Shown piece after piece: positions 1 through 12,879 of a stretch of DNA of 64,000 nt. How positions within the stretch are numbered: the stretch's first letter is position 1; every line of letters starts with the position of its first letter. Location of the stretch: contig NC_087462.1 of NCBI RefSeq assembly GCF_036321535.1, positions 23,932,001-23,996,000 on the forward strand. Direction: 5' to 3'. A program made the translations under genes and the position numbers. This stretch comes from Camelus dromedarius (lineage: Eukaryota). The notes beneath the pieces were generated by a model that was given only the letters and a program-made list of their open reading frames with translations, had not been told where the DNA came from and did not search any database.

Positions 1-112
1 TCTAATGTATTGTAAGGTATTTTACACGTGTCCTGATTTTGCCACGACCTGGATATTGAAGCTATCCAAGCTTTTGAAATAAAAATTTAAAAACCCCTGA
101 GCCTGGGTGAGT
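1..112 (+). other. HNRNPAB: Terminal 3'UTR of HNRNPAB
   Basis: GTAAGGTATTTTACACGTGTCCTGATTTTGCCACGACCTGGATATTGAAGCTATCCAAGCTTTTGAAATAAAA matches my recollection of the HNRNPAB mRNA 3' end; synteny (HNRNPAB is tail-to-tail with PHYKPL in human). Confidence 0.8.
78..83 (+). terminator. HNRNPAB: Polyadenylation signal AATAAA (HNRNPAB)
   Basis: Canonical AATAAA, followed ~25-35 nt later by GU-rich GGGTGAGTGTGGGG. Confidence 0.75.
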
Positions 113-209
113 GTGGGGCACACTGTGAAAGGGGGCAGGTGCTCCAGAGCTTTCTGAGCTCCGGTGTCTTTCATGACCTAACCGCCCTGTCAGGCATAAC
201 CGCACACTA

Positions 210-435
210 TCCGCATCCTTAGCTAATTTCTTTTAATGACATGGCCCTGGCCCTGCCCAGGACTCAAGCCTTTAAAGAAAGCTTGAGGCAGCTGTTGAAG
301 AGAGTGATGATGGTGTAGTGAGGGCTCACCATCCCCAGTGGGGACACTGCCCCAGGGTAGCGTGAGTCTGCAGCACCTTGGAACACCTGTCTTCACCAGT
401 GGGATTCTCTACCTTCTGGTGGAGGCGGTGTGAAC
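210..435 (-). other. PHYKPL: Candidate non-coding terminal exon of PHYKPL
   Basis: Minus-strand acceptor CTGTGCTCTCCTCTTCAG|GTTC at 436/435 and ATTAAA at 237-232. The true terminal exon could instead lie left of the window, inside HNRNPAB. Confidence 0.35.
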
Positions 436-854
436 CTGAAGAGGAGAGCACAGCCGTAAGGGCCAGCTGGACCTGGGCGAGGCCGTGCTGGCTCTGGCAC
501 CGAGTGGAAGGCCAGGACCAGGTAGTTGCGAGAGGCGGCACTGGGCTGGGGCTCCAGGTGGGGGGGGAGCCTGGCAGAAGTTTCCTTTCCCTTAGAGGCA
601 CTGGCTGGCAGAGGAAATAGCCACTCCTGGCCCAGCAATCAAATCCAAAAGTATTCGGGAGATGTTGGCCGGGGAGGGGTGAGGAGCAGCCAGAGCCTCC
701 TAGCGTTGGCACTCACAGAGAGGGACATCACCTGGAACAAAGGAGTTGGAGCTGCTGGCTTTTGGACGGTAAGGAGCCCAGTCCTGGGCCTTTGGGAGCA
801 GGAAGCAAGGCCCCAGACTTACCCAGAGAAGGACACGCCTCAGCAGGGCCTCCC

Positions 855-904
855 TCAGGGCCGGAGCCTCAGGGTCTCACAGCTTCTCACATTCTCTTCC
901 ATGT
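855..904 (-). CDS. PHYKPL: PHYKPL exon 12 coding part: (D)MEENVRSCETLRLRP*; full exon 823-904
   Basis: CCCAG|AC ATG GAA GAG AAT...CGG CCC TGA; donor TGG|GTAAGT at 823/822; matches the human C-terminus DMEEKVRSCETLRLQP; E437 conserved. Confidence 0.93.
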
Positions 905-1876
905 CTGGGAAAGACCGCAGAGCCACCCAGACTAGCCAGCCTTTCTCCTCTGCTGAAGACGCCCTGCCTTCAGCATGGAGAGTGTGCCCACTGGCCTGTC
1001 CAAGCCCGTGCCCCACCCTTTACCCAAGTGTGTGGGCCCCCAGCCACAGGGTCAGCAGCAGTTTCCCAACAGGACAAAAATCAGCCCTCAGGTTTCAGGA
1101 GACTTTGGGCTCAAGTCCCCTCTACAGGAATTCCAAGCCAGTTATGTGCCATCAGCCTTTTCTTCCCAGGTTCCCTGCACACACATTCCCTTCTCCCAGC
1201 AGGTCCCCACACCACCAGCAGTTACACCTAGTAGGGACTGGGCCTCAGCTCCAGAGACCTGGGGGCAGCAGCAGAGTGTCCTGGGAAGGGGGCTGGGGTG
1301 TGAGTGGCCGGGCTGCTCTGATCTCTACCATGAGGACAGGAGTTTGCCTGTTGGGTCCCCCACTGAGCACTCTGCTCGCGTGCTAAGCAGCCTCAATACA
1401 TAGTTATGTCCAATTTGGTAATTAGGTTCCCTTGTAGGTGGATTTAAGGGAGACCTTGACTTTCCTAAATGACAAGGAACGTGGGGAGGAATTTCATTTT
1501 GCGTTGAGTCAATCCTGGGCACAAATCTTGTTTCAGCCACTTGGCAGCTGAAAAAGCACAAAGCTGCCACCTTCATCTCATGGAAGCGGTAAGGACAGAA
1601 TGGACTCTCCCACTGCAGTTCTGGTGGGTAGGCTTACAGCCCTTGTCCTGCTTGCCACGCTGGTACCTGCCCGGGGGGGGCGGGGAGATGGCTCAGCTCC
1701 CACCTACCTAGGGCTCAGAGTTTTGGGGGGGGTACAGGCAGGAATTAGGGGAGGCCTCCACTTCAGCTCCCTGCTTCCCACACGCCTCAGAGGCCTGGCT
1801 CAGCTGTCACAGCCCAGTCCCTGGGCATGCTGGGTTCTAGAGACAGTCAGCAGCTGCCTCTTGGCCTCCAGCTTAC

Positions 1877-2007
1877 CTGTCAGGATGGCATCCAGTTTTG
1901 CTACCACAAGTCGTGCGTTGTCCAAGGTGAAGCACATGGGGGGCTTAAACTTCAGGACGTTCTTCCCCGGGCCATCCGTGCTTAACAAAATGTGGTTCTC
2001 CTTCAGC
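1877..2007 (-). CDS. PHYKPL: PHYKPL exon 11 (131 nt): [43 protein letters not shown]
   Basis: CACAG| acceptor, |GTAAGC donor; class-III aminotransferase C-terminal KFKPP motif; frame continuous. Confidence 0.97.
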
Positions 2008-2433
2008 CTGTGAGGACAGGGCACAGCAGGGCCTGCCGCCCACCAGCCTTCCAGATCTTCCTCAGCCTGACTTTGGCCTCGTAGGCAGGGCCGCAGCCAC
2101 AGTGCCCTCAGGACCCTCCACAGGCCAGTTCGCACCAGGATACGACCCCAGCCACCCTCTGCCAAGCTCCTGCCCGATTTTACGGCTCAGCACAATGGCC
2201 CCCGCCTGGGCTGCCCCACACCTGGACCTGAGCCTGCTGGCCCCAAAGCAGGGGCCTCATTTCATTCATCTCTGGGGCCCCCAGTCTAAGCCAAGCTGAG
2301 ATGGGCCCCGGGGCTACAATGTGGGCAGCAAGAGTCCCTGCACCTCCCATTTTAATGGATGGTTTATGTGATGTGTATGGTTTACTTTAACATTTCTGTA
2401 TTTTTTGACGGGACATAGGTAGGTAGGTTTGTT

Positions 2434-2502
2434 AAAAAATGGAGGTACTGGGCTTGAGCCCAGGACCCTGTGACTTCGTGCACCACTGAGCTGTACCCTC
2501 CC
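2434..2502 (-). mobile_element. tRNA-derived SINE (camelid Vic-1-like), internally degraded
   Basis: AATGGAGGTACTGGG...CCCAGGACC...CCACTGAGCTGTACCCTCCC is the reverse complement of the A-box/B-box SINE seen four more times in the window. Confidence 0.7.
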
Positions 2503-3925
2503 TGCTATGGTTTACTTTTTAAGTCGAAAAAAGCTAACATTCACAGAGTAGCATAAGGAACCCACGGAACACTTACCTAGCCCCAGTAACTTCCCTGCCA
2601 GCCCTGTTTCTCTGCCCTCCCCCAGGTTGTCTTGCAGCCCAGAGGACTTAACAGTTCTAATTTTCAGTTCTTTTTTGGAAGATACCGTCCCCATCTTTAA
2701 CATGGTCATTGGTACCTAAGAATCATTTTTATTCTACATTTACACTTCTAAGCTAGGAAAGGGCCTTACCCACCTGGAGCCTGAGAAAGGGGTCTGATGT
2801 GACTGTATGTACTCTCTGACTCCCACTAACTCTTTTATTCTTTTTATATAAGCCTTGTTAGGAGCAGGGTGTTCTCAGTCGGCCGCTGGCTCCTTTCTCC
2901 CATCCCAGGCTTCCTGGCACTGACAGCGGCCGTGCTAGAAAGAACAGGTTCTGAACTTCAAAACCAGCTCTTCCTCTGACTAGCAGGGTGACTGCCAGTG
3001 AAGCACCTGCCCCCGGTTCGTTTCCTCACTGAACTGGAGAAACCACTGGGGTGGTTTTAAGGTGGAGGAGGTCAGGCTTGGCTGGGGATCTGGCTGCTGT
3101 CTTCCCACAGACCATTCTGCAGTCCCGAGTCCTGAGCTCCCTGGGGGAAGGGGTGGGTGAGCTGGTCAATGTGCCCAACCAGCAGAGAGAAGGCAGAGCT
3201 GGACGGCCGCTTAGGAGGGGTCAGCCTCAAAAGCCGTGGCAGGAAAGATTTTTACATCAGTACTGTTCATGTGAATTCAGAACAGGATGACGCATGTGTC
3301 ACAATTTGAATAAGGACACACATCAGCCACTATAATGGTTTTCCAAGGAGGCAGGAGTGAGGAATGGAGATAAAAAGGGAAGGGAACAGGTCGTGGGGTT
3401 CGGGGCTTGCCTGGGGTTCCAGTGAAAGAACACGCAAACCGGAGCTGGGACAAGGGCTTCTGAGTCCTGAGGTGCCGAGTCATCCGGACCCGCTGAACCC
3501 AGATGAGCGGCAGGAGCCCTGTCTATTTGAAGACCCTGCTCTAGGAATTGGGGTTCTGGTTCTGCCACAGCCCCTGGTGGGGCTCTGGAGAAGGTGTGTC
3601 CCTGGGGCAGCCTGGTCTGAGCTCCTGCAGCGCTGGCATTTCTGGTGGAAGTGGCTGCTCAGGCTGGGAGTGGCCTGCGCCCACCTGAAGTCTTTGCTGC
3701 CAGGCACTGGGCACAGAGCTTTCTTTGTCTGCAGAGCCCAGTCAAGGGGGTGCACAGATTGGCAGCCCTCTTACCAACTCAGAGGCTAAAAGCCACCTCC
3801 TTCAGTCCACCCTCGGTGGGCCCAGAGTGCCCGGGAACATGGTGGACAAAAGGAGAGGCAAGATGTGGGCTCTCCCGGCTAGGGCTGTAGACAACGCAAA
3901 GTCAACTTGTTTGAAGAAAACATAC

Positions 3926-4015
3926 CTGGACACCACGTAGTCAGCCTCTTCGGTTGCTGGCATCCTCGTGGCCTCATCTTTGATCAGGTCCACACCAATG
4001 AAGAGCCCAACGCCC
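3926..4015 (-). CDS. PHYKPL: PHYKPL exon 10 (90 nt): [30 protein letters not shown]
   Basis: TCCAG| acceptor, |GTATGT donor; RGxGL motif of class-III aminotransferases. Confidence 0.97.
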
Positions 4016-4381
4016 CTGGAGCAGAAGGTGACAGCTCAGAGGCCAGGCCTAAGGGACTGTGGTCCTTGCTCTCACCTACTGCCTGGGCCTCAGCCAAGCC
4101 CTTATCAGCCCCCCAGGGCTTGGCCCTTTACCTCCTGGGGAGGCCTAGAGCCAAGGGACCTTTGGAAGGTGTGAAACAGTGCCAGGAAGTGGGGAGGGGC
4201 CCTTGATGTGGACACAGGGAAGTCTGTCCTGGCTTCAGCCCCGCCACTCCTTGCCCCCAAAGTGCCACCTTGGGCAACAGCATCTCTTGGTGCTTCGTTT
4301 TCTCTTCTGTGGAGTGGAGATCAAAGTTCCCCCTGTCCCAGGTGGTTCGCTCGTGGATAGTGACTGCTGCTCTGGGTCTCA

Positions 4382-4537
<156 letters not shown>

Positions 4538-5269
4538 CTAAGCCAGGGGACAGAGAGCATGTCAGATGCCCAGCAGAGCGGGCCATGCCCCGGGGAGTGT
4601 GAAGGGCAGGAAACTGCCACACACATTCCAAGGGCAGTGACGAGCACAGGCCCGAATCCCACAGGGCTCAGCATGCGGGGCAGTAAATGGGGTTCTCCTG
4701 AGGCCCTCTTGGGTTGTCCCACCTTCCCAGGTGCTAATGTGACAGTAACTCAGGTCAAGTACCCCCAGGGGCGCAGGAGGAGCCCTGAGGAGATGCAAAA
4801 ATCAGAGGGGAAGGTGTACTGGGCATTCCCACAGAGCTGGTTTTTGTCGAGAGGCGTCAAGGCCCCACCTTGTGGGCTGGGCCCAGACCCACAGCGCTGC
4901 ACTATTCTCGTCACCTCCTTCCGGGAGGGTCGTGGGCAACACGCCAGAGCCACACCCAGGAAAAGCCGCTCTGTGTGGTTCGAGCTCAGGGCTCTGTTGG
5001 CTGAGCCCAGGGCAGATTTTAGGGTGTAAATCACAAGCTGGCTGTCCGTGAGCCAAATGGGGCCTGAGGGTTCACTTTGTTCGGATTGTGTGGCATAATT
5101 AAGAGTTTTGAATTAGGTGCTAATGTTTTAAAAGGAGACTTCACACAAAAATGTGTTTTTCTGACTTAAAACAAACCTGGCCTATCTGGCTACACTGGCA
5201 CTGGCTGTCCCTTCAGGCACCCTGAGTGCTTTGACTGCAGGTGTCTGAGTAAGGACCTGCACCGTAGGC

Positions 5270-5820
5270 CTCCACTGCTGGCCCAGGCAACCACTGACCT
5301 GTTTCTGTCACTGCAGTCTTGCCTTTTCTGGAATGCCATACAAATGGAAATCACAAAATATGACCCTTTTGTGCCTGGCTTCTGCTCAACAAGTTTTACA
5401 AATTCATCCATACTGTTATATGCATTGGTAGTTTGTTCATTTTATGACTGCATAGTATTCCACTGTATGGACATACCACCATTTTTAATCCAGATTCCTG
5501 TTGATAGACCTTTGGCTTATTTTGATTTTGAGCTATTTATGAATAAAACTGTTAAGAACATTTATAACAAGTCTTTTTGTAAACATAAGTTCTCATTTGT
5601 CTTAGGTAACTTAGGAGTGGAATGGCTGAACTGCTTGATAAATGTATATTTCTTTATAAAAAAAACTATGAAACTGTTTTCCAAAGTGGCTGTATTATTA
5701 CAACCCTTGTTACATTCTCACCACTCATTCTGTGAAACTCCAGTAGCTCCACATCCTCAAAAACATTTGGAATTGTAGTCTTTTTAATTGTAGCCATTCT
5801 AATGGGTGTGTAGTGGTATC
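5270..5820 (-). mobile_element. Old L1 (L1MB/L1ME-type) 3' fragment
   Basis: Typical antisense L1 3' motifs: TTTTCTGGAATGCCATACAAATGGAA, TTCCAAAGTGGCTGTA, TAGCCATTCTAATGGGTGTGTAGTGGTATC. Confidence 0.8.
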
Positions 5821-6069
5821 CTGTAGACCATCTTGAAAATTTGCATGCAGAACCTCATACTTGAGATCATAAAAAGCTTTCTAGGCGATTCTGCTATGAG
5901 GCAGCTTTCTGATACGTCCAAAGCAAACCATGTGTGGAATGAACACAGGGGATGGATTGAGGCTACTTCTTATATAACATTATTAACTGTGAACTTGTTA
6001 AAAGCTGGCATGTCTATCTACCAAGAGCATCTTTGGTTTAGAATCATGGCCTGGCCAACATATACTTAA

Positions 6070-6450
6070 AAGCCTCAAAATACAGGAAGAAAAAAGTAAA
6101 TAGTATTACAGGAAAAAACGGATCAGTTTTCATTATAGTGTGAGATTTCAACACACAGTCCTCAATTACTAATAGGTTAGTAGGAAAAAAAAAATCCAGA
6201 AAGAATCCAGAAGATTCAAACCACACAATTGACAAGTCCGACCTAAGAGACATCCAGAGAGTCTGGCCAACATTCAGGGAACACATTTTTCTCAAGGATG
6301 TGTAGTGCAACCAAGTTCCAGGTCACCGCAACACATTTTACAGAATAAGTGTCAAAAGAAGAAGCATCACACACGAGACAGGCCCTTGCACCTCAGTGTC
6401 AGTCAGAAGTTAACAAAAAGATCTGAAAAACCTAGAACTGAATGAGAACG
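6070..6450 (+). mobile_element. Degraded L1 ORF2 (endonuclease-region) remnant
   Basis: A-rich; GAGATTTCAACACAC, GACCTAAGAGACATC, GAACACATTTTTCTCAAG resemble the L1 ORF2 5' region; no open frame. Confidence 0.6.
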
Positions 6451-7120
<670 letters not shown>

Positions 7121-7240
7121 TCAAGGACTTCACTGAAAATTCCAGCAAATAGTCCAGACTGAGGTCAGAATGTGGAACAAAGGCTGGGAAACCCCACCGC
7201 AGCCCTGCCATCCCTGGGGCAGCCTCTCCCACCTACTCAC

Positions 7241-7323
7241 TCCGCCACTTCCGGGAAGTAACCAGCAGGGGGAACGATCTGCCCTCCCACACTGGGCAGG
7301 GACTCCGCAAAGAACGCTGCGAT
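7241..7323 (-). CDS. PHYKPL: PHYKPL exon 7 (83 nt): [28 protein letters not shown]
   Basis: CACAG| acceptor, |GTGAGT donor; frame continuous. Confidence 0.97.
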
Positions 7324-8836
7324 CTGTGGACGAGAAGGGAGCGCCACCGTGGAGGGGCTGGGCGGCAAGCTGAGGGCATCCTGCTGACGCTGGCTCAGTG
7401 CTGGCGCCAAGCAGGATGAGCTACTGTCCTCGCTACGCCCTGACTTCAGGCTCCCATCATGTCTCACGGTGTGTGACGTAGCTTTCTTTCAGGCCTCAGA
7501 CCAACTCTTAGCACCTGGATGCCTCCAGCCCCCTTGCGCTTAGCATGCCTCAGGTGAAATCTACCAGCTTCTCCCGAATAAGCCTGCTCCTTCCCTTCCC
7601 CCACACGGTGAGTCCCGTCCCTCCCACCCAGGACAGCAATCTGGCCCTATTCTTGATTCAGCCTCCTCCTTCACCCACCAGTCAGCACAGCCTCTGACTC
7701 TGCTCCTGTGACATCTCTGCACCCATTCCTTCCCTTCCGCCTGGACAGACCTGCCAGCTTCTGCCCTGGCCTCCTGCAGTGCTTTCTAACTGGACCTCTT
7801 CCAGCCCATCCTCCACGGGCCACCAGGTGACGCCTCAACCAGACCCTGAGCTCATCACTGCCCTGTTGGAAACCCTTCGATGACCATTTTGCTTACAGAA
7901 ATGACAATGACAAAACTGTGTTTTGCCTTGGAGCCGCTTCAGAGGCTACTGCTGGGATGAAGGGAGGACGGGGGTGGGAAACTGATCCCTGACTCATGCT
8001 GCCACCAGAGCGATCTCTTTCCTGGTTTTATATAAGTAGGTGCAGATCATCTAAAACACATAGGCCAGGCTTCCCGAATCCAGCTCTGCCAGCCTCTCCC
8101 AGTTGTCTTAGCTGTATATCCTGTGTTCAGCTGTCACTCCTTCAGCGAAGCCCCCTAGAGCCCTCACACCAACTGCTGGCTGCCTTCTCTCCACTGTCGC
8201 CACGGCCGCTGCCCTTCCAGGGTATACGCCACATCTCTCCTGTCTGTGCCCCACACTCCGTCTCCACTGTGCTGCCCTGGGTGGGTCTCCCCATCGCTGA
8301 GCCGGGCCAATACAGCCCGACACCTGTCACTGTCCTCATGTCTCTGGCCCCGTTCAGGTGCATCCCTTGGTCTTATTACTCCCCCTCTTAAAACCCTGTA
8401 AAGGCCCCTCGGCCAGAGGGGCACTTGCGTCCTCTGGCCTACAGTCCTGCCAGCCTCTCCAGGTTGATCTCCTGCCTGCCCAGCCTGGCCCACACTCATG
8501 CGGTGCCTGCAGAGGCTGCCCGTCTGTTGAGGATGCCTTTCCTTGTCTACACCCCACCCCACCTGAGTGGCTAACTCCTACTCACTTTCCATCACTGAAA
8601 TCAGGCAGCAACCCCTCCATGGGCCTGCCTTCACACCTGCCCAGTCCAGCCTGGGCCCCTGGGCTCCAGTAATGCCTGGGACATATCTCTGCCTAATCTC
8701 TCTGCTGAGCACTTAATCCCCTGCTAGATTCCCACAGAGAGGCCCTGGTTCCGATTTCTTTCAAGGTTCCCAGGACCCAGCCCTGGGCTGGCAACACTTG
8801 CCGCTTCCTGGACCAGACCCATGTGGAGGTGGTTAC

Positions 8837-8953
8837 CTTCCTGCCCTTCTCCTGTGCGCTGCTGACCACACGTTTCACCTCGCTGGCGTAGGCCACAGCT
8901 GGATTGGGGTGGTCCTCCCGGTAGGGGCCCCGGTAGGTGTCTGGGAGAGGTGC
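8837..8953 (-). CDS. PHYKPL: PHYKPL exon 6 (117 nt): [39 protein letters not shown]
   Basis: CGCAG| acceptor, |GTAACC donor; 77-nt intron to exon 5. Confidence 0.97.
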
Positions 8954-8979
8954 CTGCGGGGAGTGACAGCACCACGTCA

Positions 8980-9189
<210 letters not shown>

Positions 9190-9739
9190 CTACCCACATC
9201 AGAGACACTCGGGAAGACCAGCCTTTCTGACACAGCCCTCAGGTCCTAGGGCCGGGAATGAGCACGGCCCTCGGAGTCAGCAAGCCTTCCTGCAAGGCTG
9301 CTTACTAGCTACGTAATGGTGGCCAATCATGTACTCTTGGGGTCCAGTTCCCTCCTCTGTAAAGTGGTGGTGGTGGGGTTTTTCCTTTGTGGTTATAATG
9401 CATGTTAAATGTGACAATCTTGGGCTGGATCTTATGCACGGGAGAGACTCAATACTGTTGGAACAGTTCTGAGAGTTAAAATGTGGGACCAACTCTCACC
9501 ACCTTATAAAGCAGTCTCTGCCCCGCAGAAGAGAATACTCTTCCATACTCTGCCGTCACAGAAGGGACACCCAGAGTAAAGAACTGCCTGGGGAGGGTGC
9601 AGGGGTGTCTCTGTGGCCAGGTCCTCATGCTTCTCTCCAGAAGCCCAGGCCCTTCACCTTTCCTGACTAAGGCACCCCAAATCAGATCCTCGCCAATTCC
9701 CAATAAGCGGCGGGCCCAAGCACTGGAAACAGCACTTAC

Positions 9740-9814
9740 TGGTCCAATACCACCACGTCCCAGTGTCCTGTGTACTGGCGTGCCAGCCTCAGGGCCAGGT
9801 CATTGGCTTCTGAC
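9740..9814 (-). CDS. PHYKPL: PHYKPL exon 4 (75 nt): [25 protein letters not shown]
   Basis: CATAG| acceptor, |GTAAGT donor; NSGSEAN motif spans exons 3 and 4. Not present in the ORF track; found by motif reading. Confidence 0.96.
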
Positions 9815-9985
9815 CTATGGCAGAAAAGTTGGGCACTGCTTGGACAGCTGTCCAGGGCGTTTCCCTCCTGGATAACTGCTTCCTACAGAGAAAGCAGGAG
9901 GGAAGGAGGAGCCCTTCCAGGAGCAAGAAGAGTCTCAGGATACCATCTGTTAGTCATTCACTTACTCATTTGGTAAATATTTATC

Positions 9986-10292
9986 AAATGCCATTTGTTG
10001 CAACGTGGATGGATCTAGTGATTATCATACTAAGTAAGACAAAGAAAGACAAATACCATATGATATCACTTATATGTAAAATCTAAAAAAATGGCACAAG
10101 TGAAATTATTTACAAAACAGACTCAGACTAAGAAAACAAATTTATAGTTACCGGTGGGAAAGGGATAAATGAGGAGTTTAAGATTAGCAGATAAAAATTA
10201 TTATATACAAAACAGATAAACAACAAGGTTCTACCGTACAGCACGGGAAACTATATTCAATATCTTGTAATAAATGATAATGGAAAAAACCT
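9986..10292 (+). mobile_element. Artiodactyl-type L1 3'UTR fragment, inserted among L2 remnants
   Basis: GCCATTTGTTGCAACGTGGATGGATCTAG..ATATCACTTATATG..ATAAACAACAAGGTTCTAC.GTACAGCACGGGAAACTATATTCAATATCTTGTAATAA. Confidence 0.85.
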
Positions 10293-10640
10293 GAACCTTC
10301 TGATGGCTTCTCAATGCTCTTAGGATAAAAACAGATTCCTCACTTGATGATAAAGCCCTGGGTGCTGGACCTTGCCTCCCTCCCCAGTGTCTGCTCCCAT
10401 CCTGTGCCCTTCCTCACTTGCTGCCTTTTGGCTCCTCAAGTGTGCCAGGATGCCGGTACCCTTCCTGCCACAGGGCCTTTGCACAGGCCGTTCCATGTGG
10501 CAACCAACCATGACAAAAGCACTTCCAATGGAGCGAGCAGCAGCACCCTTCCTTCCTCCTCACCTAGTCATCTCCTAGTCAGCTCTTAGCCTAACATCAC
10601 TTCTTCAGGGAGGCCTTCCCTGATCCTCTCAGGGCATGCC
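10293..10640 (+). mobile_element. L2 fragment
   Basis: CAGGGCCTTTGCAC, CATCACTTCTTCAGGGAGGCCTTCCCTGA. Confidence 0.65.
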
Positions 10641-11061
10641 AGGTCCCCTCATTGCTTCTATGCCTCATTATTCCCAGTACTTTTCTGGCAGACAATGACC
10701 CTTCTTATGATTTTGTATTTCTCTGAAGAACCTTTGATGTTTGTGTTCCTTATGGAGCAGGGGTTTGGGCTGTAGCTCCCAGCACTGTGCCTGTGTACTC
10801 ATAAGGCAGAACTAAAGGGACATATTACTTCAGTGAGCCACAACAATGATCCTGGAAGGGAGGAAATGGCATCCCTTATTAAGAGAACAAAAAACTGGAC
10901 AGAGAGCAGCAGGGCCTACAGCTGGGAAGCACAGGTGCTCGGCACACACTTGGTGGGCTGCCTCTCCCCACGCTCAGTGGGCTACACTATCCTGCACCCA
11001 CGTAAGCACATCTCTTTATCACTGTCTCACCTTCCTGCTGGGGGCTGGCTGAGTGCACTTA

Positions 11062-11301
<240 letters not shown>

Positions 11302-11609
11302 CTAGTGGAGATGCAGTTACGGAGGGAGAGGTGGAGAGGAAAGAGGGGAGCCTGAAGACAGAGGGGCCAGACAGAGATGCTAGTCTGGAAAGGGAGACCA
11401 ATAAAGGGGTCCCTGAGATTCTGGCAGAAGAAAAACTTCTCTGGCAGAAATCTAATCTAGGAAATCCATGTTCTTAAGGAAGCTTGAGGCCTTCTGCTTA
11501 ACAAAGACAAAGGGTGTGGGGTTTGGGGGATGGAGAGGGGTACGGGTGTTTTTTGGTGGCCTGGACTTCACCAATCAGTAGGGCGGGAGGTAATGACTGC
11601 CAAGGGCCA

Positions 11610-11860
11610 AGGATTATGATAACAGTATTGAGGGCTCACCAAGTGCCAGGCACACTCTAAGTAAGTTACATGAATTAACTCACTTTATCCTAAAAACACC
11701 TGGAGGCGTGCACCTAGTGTTAGCGTGTCTATTTCGCAAATGAGCACAGAGACTTAAGAAATTCGCCCGAGATTACAAAGTCAGCAAGCAGAGAACAGGG
11801 ATATGAACCCAGGCAGTCTGGAATTAGAACCTGTGTTTTTAACCTCTACTTTATTAACCT
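11610..11860 (-). mobile_element. MIR SINE (representative; further MIRs at ~25300, 26900, 32650, 33500, 37650, 38620, 39950, 42900, 45300, 50900, 59870, 63000)
   Basis: GTGCCAGGCAC..TCTAAG, CORE-like AAATGAG..CAGAG..TTGCCC, GAACCCAGGCAGTCTGG. Confidence 0.75.
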
Positions 11861-12108
11861 CCAATTTGCCTGCTGATTCACTGGACTCCCTGTTCTTCCA
11901 TCAGCTCTAGTGGCCTCATCTGGATAACTGCATTCCTACTTTAGTTTCCTTGCCTAGGACCAGAGATGACCCTCAGGGCTTGGCCAGGGCCCTGTTGGGT
12001 TGCTGGTCATGGCCGGGCCCACTGCTGTTCTCTGAGCTCACGGTCACTCCCAAGCGGAACTAGACCCCCAGACCTAGGTCTCTGACTCATGCTGGTTTAG
12101 CACAGCTA

Positions 12109-12594
<486 letters not shown>

Positions 12595-12879
12595 CTAAAA
12601 CTTTAAAATAGTTTCTTAAGTCATTTGAAGGCTGTGTGGCTTCATTCATTCCCGTATGTGCCCATTAGTCTCTTAGGTTCCAGAAAAGGTGCCTGCCTCA
12701 GACCCAAACAGACTCCCTATGACAGTGTTTCTTCGCTGGGATGGGTGAGAGGAGAGCCAACCGGCTCTAGGGCCCCAGACGAGAGCTGCCCGCTGGGGGC
12801 CAGCCCCAAGCTCTAGCCCAAGGCTGCCTCCTGCCCCACGTCCGACCGAGATCCCCTCTTGCACAGGTCGAAGGCGGAC

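Noticed and set aside
526-1386. 286-aa plus-strand ORF
   Set aside because: Antisense to PHYKPL exon 12 and introns; low complexity, no recognisable domain.
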